A stretch of DNA of 64,000 nucleotides. Source: an uncultured virus (IMG/VR IMGVR_UViG_3300042889_002336). Lineage: Duplodnaviria > Heunggongvirae > Uroviricota > Caudoviricetes. The number at the start of each line of letters is the position of its first letter. The first letter of the stretch is position 1. The translations under genes and the position numbers were made by a program. Positions 1 through 7,612 of the stretch are shown one piece after another. The DNA is taken from the IMG/VR virus record IMGVR_UViG_3300042889_002336. One strand, written 5' to 3'. The notes below the pieces were generated by a model, which had not been told where the DNA came from, searched no databases, and saw nothing but the letters and a program-made list of their open reading frames with translations.

Positions 1-172
1 CTCCGAACTTTCTTACATAATCATTATAAGAAGTTACTACTGTAGGCATTTCTACAGGCCCTTTAACTGTTGGTCCAATAAATGCTGCTCCTACCGCTAC
101 CGGTGCTGGTTGTATAAAAGAAAGGTCATTTTCTCTTGTAAATACTCCTGGAGAGATAATTGATTCTGCCAT
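1..172 (-). CDS. gp18: Tail sheath protein, N-terminus (runs off left edge)
   Basis: Manual translation from ATG at 172: MAESIISPGVFTRENDLSFIQPAPVAVGAAFIGPTVKGPVEMPTVVTSYNDYVRKFG; SPGV..E.D / GP...P..V.S..DY...FG is the typical contractile sheath N-terminus. Confidence 0.88.
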   Translation of the reverse strand, partial: MAESIISPGVFTRENDLSFIQPAPVAVGAAFIGPTVKGPVEMPTVVTSYNDYVRKFG

Positions 173-313
173 GTTTATTTAATTTGTTTTAATTTATTAT
201 AAATATCTTGGGATTTCGATAACCTTCTTATATGATTAGAGGTTCTATATTCTCTAATAAATAGGAAAGGAGAGTCAAAACCCTCCTTATATTCCTCTTA
301 TTTTTTACAGTAA

Positions 314-586
314 TTACTTTACCTCTTCTGCTTCTTCTACAAAAGGAGTAAATTCTCCTTTTTCAAGGTCAATTGTACCTTTTCCGTAAGCAGCTTCTAA
401 GGATTCAGCTAATGCTTTTTCTTCTTGTGCTAACTCTTTTAAATAGTCTTCAGCATTTTGTCTTCTAGATTCTAGTTGAAGTTTTAGTAATTCAATTTGA
501 CCTAATTCTTGTACAACTGCTTGGCTTTTTTGTTTTACCGTTTCAATTTGTTGTAACTCTTCTTGTGTTAATTTTTTGTTTTCCAT
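314..586 (-). CDS. Small coiled-coil hypothetical phage protein
   Basis: 90 aa, E/Q/K/L-rich heptad pattern, C-terminal YGKGTIDLEKGEF. Confidence 0.7.
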   Translation of the reverse strand: MENKKLTQEELQQIETVKQKSQAVVQELGQIELLKLQLESRRQNAEDYLKELAQEEKALAESLEAAYGKGTIDLEKGEFTPFVEEAEEVK

Positions 587-642
587 GAAACTTGTTTTTG
601 TGTTAATCGATTAATACTTTAATATAGTAAATATTTTTTAAA

Positions 643-981
643 TTACAAACTACCTGTTACTGGTGTATTCCAAGGAGCAGCTAAAGTTGCTGTTACTGGA
701 TTGTTTATTAAGTTGATTTGAGAATCAATGTTTGCTTTTATAGCATCCATATCCATTACTGCTTCTAACCACCCTTCTGCTTGTTCTTGAGAAATTTCTA
801 AGAAAGGAGTAAAGTTTTCCGGGTCAGGAGCTCCTACAGATTGTGCTCCGTAAGTCTCTGCAGATGTTCCATTTTCATCAGTACCTCTATATCTCCAGTG
901 TACTGTTGTTACTACTTTTTGCATGTCATCTTCGTTTAAGATGCAATCGAATGGACCTACAGTCCAAGTGTAATTTGTCAT
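643..981 (-). CDS. Hypothetical protein of a type found next to phage tail-fibre genes
   Basis: 112 aa, acidic, YTW..VVTTVHWRY...FTPF....W...PW pattern; A-rich leader. Confidence 0.7.
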   Translation of the reverse strand: MTNYTWTVGPFDCILNEDDMQKVVTTVHWRYRGTDENGTSAETYGAQSVGAPDPENFTPFLEISQEQAEGWLEAVMDMDAIKANIDSQINLINNPVTATLAAPWNTPVTGSL

Positions 982-1005
982 AATCTATTTGTTTTTAATT
1001 TGGTC

Positions 1006-1251
1006 ATCCAGAGCCGAAACTCCCAATTTGTTATCTTTATGTTTCCATAAAGTTCGGACTATATCATCACTCTTACAAGTGTCGGGCGCTCTAGCTGGTT
1101 ATTAAGAGGACTTTACCTCTCCAGTAGTCTCTGAACCTTCCTAGGATGTATCCTAAGCTTGGCTGCTGATTTTCCAATCCTCAAGATTGTTACGCTTTGG
1201 TACTTGAGGCTCTAAGGACTTTCCAGCAATTCACCCGATTTAATCTGGACG
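1006..1251 (-). ncRNA. Group I ribozyme (IA-like core), intergenic, apparently permuted at L1
   Basis: Minus strand: P AATTGCTGGAAA (1231-1220), Q AATCAGCAG (1171-1163), R GTTCAGAGACTA (1136-1125), S ATGATATAGTCC (1067-1056). Helices: P3 UCGGGUG/CGCCCGA, P4 UUGCUG/CAGCAG, P5 extension CCUCAAG/CUUGAGG, P6a UUAGGAU/AUCCUAG, P7 GACUA/UAGUC, P7.1 CUGG-AGAGG..CCUCU..CCAG, P8 CACUU-GUAA-GAGUG, P9 CUUUAUG-GAAA-CAUAAAG; likely omega-G at 1024 (..ACAAAUUG). Confidence 0.93.
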
Positions 1252-1259
1252 TTTTGTTA

Positions 1260-1922
1260 TTATAAATATGGTTGTATTAAATTAATATAAAATTCATCTC
1301 CTCTACTATTAGAAGCTACTGTATATGTTTTTTCACCTGTGTTGCTTATAGTTACCTGTATATCTATAATACCTGCTCCATAATTACTTGATAAGTACTT
1401 ATCTTCATATCCAATAAGACGACCTTTGAAGTCGTAAATAGGGATTCTATCAACAGGTTCTCCTTGAGATTCACTTAAAAGAGTGTAGTTATTTAATCCT
1501 GTTTTTGCTGCTGATGATTTTTCGTACAGCCTATATGCACCTTTATCTACGGTTTGTCGACCTCCGTTACGTCCTCTTTGAGTCATTTTATTTCTAACTG
1601 CAAAATATTTATATGTATTTGTATCTTTTACTACATCTGTTCTCTCTCTAAATACTATATTTGATGCAAGGTTTGCATCTGATATTGCTGATGCACGGTC
1701 TTCTCCTGTTACTACTATTTTGTTACGTGACAAGATTGCATAAGGGAGTGTTACGAATTGATTTGTTCTTGAATCAAATGCCGGAGTTGTTCCGTTTGGA
1801 TCTCTTAGGTCGTAGTAAATTACTGCTCTGTCTCTTGTAGTAAATCTACTCTGTACCTCTACTTTTACTTCTGTAGCAGTTCCCCTATTTACTACTGCAA
1901 ATGCTTGTATTTTCTGTATCAT
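1260..1922 (-). CDS. Hypothetical protein
   Basis: 220 aa ORF, in line with neighbours, no recognisable motif. Confidence 0.65.
   Translation of the reverse strand: MIQKIQAFAVVNRGTATEVKVEVQSRFTTRDRAVIYYDLRDPNGTTPAFDSRTNQFVTLPYAILSRNKIVVTGEDRASAISDANLASNIVFRERTDVVKDTNTYKYFAVRNKMTQRGRNGGRQTVDKGAYRLYEKSSAAKTGLNNYTLLSESQGEPVDRIPIYDFKGRLIGYEDKYLSSNYGAGIIDIQVTISNTGEKTYTVASNSRGDEFYINLIQPYL
1261..1268 (-). promoter_or_regulatory. TATTTATA promoter-like motif directly upstream of the ribozyme
   Basis: Same motif recurs upstream of many minus-strand genes; here it overlaps the stop codon of 1260..1922 and lies 10 nt before the putative IGS. Confidence 0.6.
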
Positions 1923-1933
1923 AATTTATACTG

Positions 1934-2341
1934 TTAACATGAACTTAAAAATAACCCATTATCTGTTAGTACCGTAGAGGCTACATTAACCTCCCATTCT
2001 GTATATACATTTGCATCCAAGAGTGGTTCATAGTACATATACTCGTACCAGAGATCTGCATAATTATACATTGGATCGTAGTATGTTCCATCAAACCTAT
2101 AATATACTCCGTCACTACCGTAGTATATATCCCAGTAATCGTAGCTGCAAGGTCCGTAAGCAGTATAGTTTGCATGATACGTGTATGTTACTGCTCCACT
2201 ATACCCGTAAAACTCACTAACAGCATCAGGAGTAGAAAATCCTGCTGAATTAGACATACTTCTTAAAGATAATGGCGGGTCTACTCCTAATTCTCCTGCT
2301 ATATCTCCTAAACTTAATTGCCCGCTAGCTGGTAATGCCAT
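1934..2341 (-). CDS. Putative fibre-tip/adhesin-associated protein
   Basis: N-terminal MALPASGQLSLGDIAGE...SEFYG motif common in proteins following S74-chaperoned fibres; Tyr-rich C-terminus; overlaps the fibre gene end. Confidence 0.55.
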   Translation of the reverse strand: MALPASGQLSLGDIAGELGVDPPLSLRSMSNSAGFSTPDAVSEFYGYSGAVTYTYHANYTAYGPCSYDYWDIYYGSDGVYYRFDGTYYDPMYNYADLWYEYMYYEPLLDANVYTEWEVNVASTVLTDNGLFLSSC

Positions 2342-3875
2342 TTACAATTTGTTTTAATTCGTCAATTTGTTTTTGCTGGTCTTTAATACACTCAACTAGA
2401 AGCGGTATAATTTTATCATACTGAACAGCTTTCATTCCGCTTTCTCTTGTCTGAACTATTTCCGGTAATACTTGTTCAACTTCTTGAGCAATAACTCCTA
2501 TATCATGTCCTTTATTTCCATGAACTGGTTCGTCTTCGATCCAATCAAATTCAACTCCATTAATTTGAGATAATTTTTCTAAAGGAGAATTAATATTTTT
2601 AATATTCTTTTTCCATCTCTTATCTGAAGATGAATAAGCTACTATGTCATTTGAAGCTTCAAATCTACCAGCTGTGTTAGTTGGTACTATATTAAGTCCC
2701 AAAGCTCCTCCACTTGTTAAATTCAACCAACCAGCATTTGCTGTACCGAAAACCATCCTATCGTTTGTATGCTGGTATTGTACATATCCTCTCCAAGGAT
2801 CATTACCACTAGCTCCATCTCCGAAAGCTAAAGTACCATTTCCTGCAGTTCCTGATCCAATACATATTTCAGGAGATCCACTAAATGCTCCAACTTGGAA
2901 ATCCCTAACCATTGATGTAGTGCTTACCCCTACTCTACCGCTACTATCAATAACCATTCTAGCTGTTCCTGCAGTTGAGAATCCTAATGTATCAGCTGAG
3001 ATGTTATACATACCTGTATTAGTATCTGATGTGAATGCAAAAGATGGAGCTCCTGCTGTTCCTGCACCTGCTCTAACAGTTCCTAGTCCTGTTAAATCAG
3101 AATATCCATTTCCTAATGACATATTAGTTGAACCTATCTGTATTGCACTATTTACTAGTTGTGAATTTGCAATACTTCCTAATGTTCCTCCTAAAGTTAA
3201 ATTTCCTGTTGTAGAAACTGTTCCTGTTAATGTAATTCCATTTACTGTACCTGTACCTCCTACAGAAGTTACTGTTCCAGTATTAGTAGTATATCCTGAG
3301 TTATTTGTAAACTGTGATATATTCATTGAAGTCAGAGCAGTCGCTGTTGAAGCATTACCTGTTAATGCTCCTGAGAAGGTACCTGCTGTTAACGTGTTTG
3401 AAGATGGGTTGTAGGTTAGGTTTCCAAGATTTGTATACAATGTTTGAGGGGTTCCGTTGCCATTTGATGCGAAAACTAAATACCTTGTTGCATTAGTACC
3501 TTCGTTATAGACAAGACTAGTGCGACTAAAGTCAGCTCCTCCAGCTAGTGAACCTGTTATAAAAGCGCTTGATCCTATTACTCTAATAGGAGGTGCACTG
3601 TATTGTCCAATGTTTACACTATTATTTGCAAAAGCTTCTATTACTGGAAGTCCTGCTATGGTATTTACTGAAAATAATGAATCAGATAAATCGTCAGATA
3701 CTGAGAATAATCTTCCGTTATTTCCATCTATTGAAAATAAATCTGTTCTTCCAGTTGATCCTGAACCGTATAGGGTTAGGGATCCGGAAGGATCTTGTGT
3801 TATTCTTTCTATAAAGTTTAACGAACTTGTAAAGCTCATTATTGCATTTCCGGGTACTATTCTAATATCTGGCAT
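2325..3875 (-). CDS. Tail fibre with C-terminal intramolecular chaperone (peptidase S74-like)
   Basis: G/T/S-rich beta repeats; SSDKRWKKNIKNI..PLEKLSQINGVEFDW...GVIAQEVEQVLPEIV...Y..I.PLLVECIKDQ coiled coil. Confidence 0.85.
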   Translation of the reverse strand: MPDIRIVPGNAIMSFTSSLNFIERITQDPSGSLTLYGSGSTGRTDLFSIDGNNGRLFSVSDDLSDSLFSVNTIAGLPVIEAFANNSVNIGQYSAPPIRVIGSSAFITGSLAGGADFSRTSLVYNEGTNATRYLVFASNGNGTPQTLYTNLGNLTYNPSSNTLTAGTFSGALTGNASTATALTSMNISQFTNNSGYTTNTGTVTSVGGTGTVNGITLTGTVSTTGNLTLGGTLGSIANSQLVNSAIQIGSTNMSLGNGYSDLTGLGTVRAGAGTAGAPSFAFTSDTNTGMYNISADTLGFSTAGTARMVIDSSGRVGVSTTSMVRDFQVGAFSGSPEICIGSGTAGNGTLAFGDGASGNDPWRGYVQYQHTNDRMVFGTANAGWLNLTSGGALGLNIVPTNTAGRFEASNDIVAYSSSDKRWKKNIKNINSPLEKLSQINGVEFDWIEDEPVHGNKGHDIGVIAQEVEQVLPEIVQTRESGMKAVQYDKIIPLLVECIKDQQKQIDELKQIVNGITS

Positions 3876-3879
3876 ATTC

Positions 3880-4221
3880 TTATCTTAATTCTTCCATTGG
3901 TTTAGTCCACTCTTCAGTTGATAATATATGAAGAATTTCTTCATGAGTATACTCTGTATCACCTTCTTGGTAAATATTTGGTCTTCCGTATACCCCTGCT
4001 TCTGTAGTACATACTTCAGGTTCTCCTGTTTCTGCATTTATAAATTCAGTTTGACATGTAACCGGTACTTCTATAATTTCATACTTAATAAAAGTCTTAG
4101 TACCATCTACCGATAGTCTTAAACTCTCTGGTGATGATTCTAATACTTGATTGAAATCAATCGATCCTGTTGCTGTGGTTGGTATTATTAACCATCTTCT
4201 ATTTGGAAATTGTGTACTCAT
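3880..4221 (-). CDS. Hypothetical protein
   Basis: 113 aa ORF between fibre genes, preceded by the TATTTAT motif at 4226-4233. Confidence 0.65.
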   Translation of the reverse strand: MSTQFPNRRWLIIPTTATGSIDFNQVLESSPESLRLSVDGTKTFIKYEIIEVPVTCQTEFINAETGEPEVCTTEAGVYGRPNIYQEGDTEYTHEEILHILSTEEWTKPMEELR

Positions 4222-4233
4222 ATATAATAAATA

Positions 4234-5502
4234 TTAACTTAAGTTGAATCTTGTTTTATAATGTAAATAATTCTGTCTTAACTCAGATGCTGAAAGTGTT
4301 CTGTTGTAGTGTTTAAATACAGGTATCTCTCCCTGCCATGGACTTCCTCCTAAATCTGCTCCTACCCAGTACCTATCTCCTCCTGTAGGGCTAATTGAAT
4401 TACTGTGAATCGATACATCGTTTCCTACCTTATTTCCATTTACATAAAATGAAATAATATTACTTACCCTATTTACTACAATTGCCATGTGGTAGTACTG
4501 TGTTGTTGTTGTTGCAACAAATCCTCCGTCTTGAAAATGCAAGTACTGGTTACCGCCGTAGTTTAAGAAAAGACATCCCTGTCCTGTACTGTAGTAGTTA
4601 TGTACCCATAGATACCCTGCTAAACTATCTCCCCTAGACTCTAGTAAGCAATGTCCAGAAGTTTTTGACTGCTTCATTACACATTCAAGGGTAAAATTAC
4701 TAGTACCCATTCTATAAGCTGTAGGATTACCTGCTGCAATATAATCATTCGTACCATCGAAAGTCATTTGTGCATTTGAATCAAAAGATACGTTTGTTAG
4801 ATCTATTGTTGAATTTCCTACCAATGGTAAAAGTCCTTGTGTTACTGAACGGGTAGTCCCTGATGGTATTATTTGCTTAGGAGGTCTTATTGTACTTCCA
4901 GGAGTTATTGCTATAGCAGCTATTGATACTTTATCTGCTACATTATAGTTATAGTACCATAATCCTGTATATCCTTTAACAGCAGTTCCTCCTACTGTAA
5001 ATGTATTCCAAGCATGAAACCATCCATCTCCTAGGGATTCCATTTTATTTGTATCCAATAATCCATACTCTGTTATATATGATTCCCCACTTGTATATTG
5101 ATAGTGGTACATAAAATTAGGATGTGTATATCCTGAACGTGTTTTGAATATAATTTGATAAGTATATGTTTGGCCGGGAGTCCATATGGGACTGTTGAAA
5201 CCTCCTGTATAGTTAAATAAATTAGGGCAGCATGCATTTCCTGAAGCTGAGTTATTAATTTCAATGCTCTGCACATTAACTGTTCCTAATGCTGGTATAT
5301 TTACAGTTTCAGCATATCCGTTAGTTTCAAAAAATACACCAGGTGAGTATGTAGTAAGGCTGTATCCGTTATAGTTCCTATTAACTCCTGTTGTTATGTT
5401 AGTACCTGGCTGTCCAATATAACTATTTCTAAAATCTGCTACATCGTAAGCAAACACCGATCCTGATGTGACTGTTTTTCCGTATCCTTGTGCTACTGCC
5501 AT
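4234..5502 (-). CDS. LamG/concanavalin A-like domain virion protein
   Basis: FDGTNDYI...FTLEC...YHMAIV....FYVNG...GEI....YNRTLSASEL.QNY motif set. Confidence 0.75.
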   Translation of the reverse strand: MAVAQGYGKTVTSGSVFAYDVADFRNSYIGQPGTNITTGVNRNYNGYSLTTYSPGVFFETNGYAETVNIPALGTVNVQSIEINNSASGNACCPNLFNYTGGFNSPIWTPGQTYTYQIIFKTRSGYTHPNFMYHYQYTSGESYITEYGLLDTNKMESLGDGWFHAWNTFTVGGTAVKGYTGLWYYNYNVADKVSIAAIAITPGSTIRPPKQIIPSGTTRSVTQGLLPLVGNSTIDLTNVSFDSNAQMTFDGTNDYIAAGNPTAYRMGTSNFTLECVMKQSKTSGHCLLESRGDSLAGYLWVHNYYSTGQGCLFLNYGGNQYLHFQDGGFVATTTTQYYHMAIVVNRVSNIISFYVNGNKVGNDVSIHSNSISPTGGDRYWVGADLGGSPWQGEIPVFKHYNRTLSASELRQNYLHYKTRFNLS

Positions 5503-5503
5503 A

Positions 5504-6652
5504 TTAACTTAAATTAAAACGTGTTTTGTATTGTTGGTAGTTTTGTCTTACTTCTTGGGCTGTTAATGCTCTGTTGTATATTTTTGTTACAGGTATTTGT
5601 CCATTAAAAGCATAATTATCTACGTCTCTACCTAACTTTAAAGAAGTAGCTGTTATCAAGGTTGCAGGAGATACCCCATTTTGATAGTATATATCAGTTT
5701 TGATCCCATCTAACCATATATCGTAAGTTGTACCATTCCAATTAAACAACACGTGGTGGTATCCTACCCCTGCATATACTCTATTTGATGTTGCTCCTCC
5801 GCCTGACCATATATGAATAGCTTCATTAGTCATTCCTCCTGTCCAAGCTCCTAAATGTACCCCTGTCCTATCCCCGTTAAATTCTATGGGCGTTTGGTAT
5901 GTTGTAGGACCACCAATTGCAGTATCGTTGTTAGGGATAGCATTATTATTATACCATACCATTTCTAAGCAGTATACCCCTATGCTTGAAGGAAGTGTTA
6001 CTGAAGCATAATCATTCGTACCATCAAATACCATTTTAGCATTTGAATCAAAAGATACATTTGATAAATCTAAGGTACTGTTTCCTATTACTGGAAGAAG
6101 TCCTTGTGTTGCTGAACGAGTTCCATTTACAAATTGAGTTGGGTAGGATTTTTGCTCTATTTGAAGATTAGCTAAATAGTAAGTTGATACAGGTTGACCA
6201 TTACTATATTGCAGGGTTACGTAAAGGTAATCCTGAGAAGTAGCTGTAAAAGTTGTCGATACTCTATTCCATTGCCCTTTTACCCCTGTATATCCTGGTG
6301 CACCGTATCCAAAATAAGATATAGTAGTATTATCACTTGTAAAGTATATATAGAAAGAATAGGTATATGTTACACCGGGTGTTAGTATTGAGGATAGTCC
6401 TGTAAGGTAAACTCCATTCCAGTCTTGTGCTGGGTTCGAAGTATTCCTCAATGTAGCATTTCCAAATAAAGTAAATCCTGTATCAGTTACATGAGTACCT
6501 CCATGATCATTATACGATGTTAATAGTACATTACTTGATGGAAGTACATTAACCGTAGGTTGTCCTCTATAGGAATTACTCACATCACCTGTATCGTAAG
6601 CGAATACTAAATTACTTTCTCCTAATGTATTTGGTCCTCCTGCTACTGGCAT
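5504..6652 (-). CDS. LamG/concanavalin A-like domain virion protein (paralogue of 4234..5502)
   Basis: FDGTNDYA...YHHV....WLDG...FNGQI....IYNRALTAQEV.QNY; shares ends with neighbour. Confidence 0.75.
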   Translation of the reverse strand: MPVAGGPNTLGESNLVFAYDTGDVSNSYRGQPTVNVLPSSNVLLTSYNDHGGTHVTDTGFTLFGNATLRNTSNPAQDWNGVYLTGLSSILTPGVTYTYSFYIYFTSDNTTISYFGYGAPGYTGVKGQWNRVSTTFTATSQDYLYVTLQYSNGQPVSTYYLANLQIEQKSYPTQFVNGTRSATQGLLPVIGNSTLDLSNVSFDSNAKMVFDGTNDYASVTLPSSIGVYCLEMVWYNNNAIPNNDTAIGGPTTYQTPIEFNGDRTGVHLGAWTGGMTNEAIHIWSGGGATSNRVYAGVGYHHVLFNWNGTTYDIWLDGIKTDIYYQNGVSPATLITATSLKLGRDVDNYAFNGQIPVTKIYNRALTAQEVRQNYQQYKTRFNLS

Positions 6653-6653
6653 A

Positions 6654-6875
6654 TTATATAAATCTTTCTACTTCTACTATGTTCCAGTATGGTAATCCTC
6701 TTAACTGAGTTTCCCATCCGTCGAAGTATTCTTTATTAGTATTTTCTTCAGATAAAACTAATCCTCTTTGTTCAAATATTATATTTCCTTCTAAATCTGT
6801 AATTACTTTATCCCATGTACCCACTCCTTGAGTGAGTATTAATTTCATAGGTTTTAATTGTGTGTTTGCTGGCAT
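6654..6875 (-). CDS. Hypothetical protein
   Basis: 73 aa ORF tightly packed between neighbours. Confidence 0.6.
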   Translation of the reverse strand: MPANTQLKPMKLILTQGVGTWDKVITDLEGNIIFEQRGLVLSEENTNKEYFDGWETQLRGLPYWNIVEVERFI

Positions 6876-6877
6876 AA

Positions 6878-7612
6878 TTATTTTATATAAACTGCTCCGT
6901 AGTTATGTAAATCAGATCCTGCTCCTGCCCAGTTAGGTTGGGCAGCATATCCCCCTCCTGCAGCGAAGTAATTACCATCCCAACAAGCTCCATACCACCA
7001 TGGCTGGTTACCGAAAGCAGTAGAGCAGTTGCTTCCGTAAGCATCTTGATCTTGATCGTAAGTTGAGAGTGAGAATCCATTTGCAGCATGATAACCGTAC
7101 ATACCTGGTGCTCCTGTTGATGTTTCATCGCTTATAGCTGCTACTCCTGTAAATGCGTAAGTACTCGAAAAGCTATTAAATCTCCACCTATATCTTTTTG
7201 CATGTAATCCTGTTGATCCTAATGCTGCTCCTACTGTCGAAGATACAAATTGTACTACTGTTACATAGCTTGAATTTACTCTTTTTCCTAATAATTCCCA
7301 ATACTTAGTTCCTATCCAAATATTATAATTTGATAATCCTGATAGAGGTGAATACGGATCTACTACCGGTCCTGCTGTATTTACAGAACCTCCTGTCCTA
7401 TAGTTACTTGTATTTACAGCATTTGAGTATGTTAAGTTTGTCATACCTCCTGTATTTTCCCTATTGGCTAATACACATATCCAACCACCACCATCATACT
7501 CCTGGTCTACATATACAGTAACGTATTCCCCTCCAAGTTTTATTGAATAAAAACCTGAAGGACCTCTTACGTCTGAAACTTTGTTATGTCTTGGTCCATG
7601 AATCTCAGCCAT
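6878..7612 (-). CDS. Fibrinogen C-terminal-like domain protein
   Basis: SG.Y.I....VYVDQEYDGGGW and STYDQDQD...SNCS......WWYGAC match the fibrinogen-related domain pattern. Confidence 0.72.
   Translation of the reverse strand: MAEIHGPRHNKVSDVRGPSGFYSIKLGGEYVTVYVDQEYDGGGWICVLANRENTGGMTNLTYSNAVNTSNYRTGGSVNTAGPVVDPYSPLSGLSNYNIWIGTKYWELLGKRVNSSYVTVVQFVSSTVGAALGSTGLHAKRYRWRFNSFSSTYAFTGVAAISDETSTGAPGMYGYHAANGFSLSTYDQDQDAYGSNCSTAFGNQPWWYGACWDGNYFAAGGGYAAQPNWAGAGSDLHNYGAVYIK

Noticed and set aside
210..300. Possible small RNA between the two promoter motifs upstream of the sheath gene
   Set aside because: Only weak imperfect hairpins (AACCT/AGGTT; AAGGAG/CTCCTT); more simply a terminator plus leader.
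1024..1922. Conventional cis-splicing intron interrupting ORF 1260..1922, or carrying it as a homing endonuclease in L1
   Set aside because: The ORF ends with its own TAA and shows no LAGLIDADG, GIY-YIG or HNH motif. I found no good match to the guide GUCCAGA near its 3' end. The nearest partial upstream match (UUGGAU at about 2015-2020, 6 bp) is weaker than the 8-bp downstream match. Not fully excluded without RNA data.
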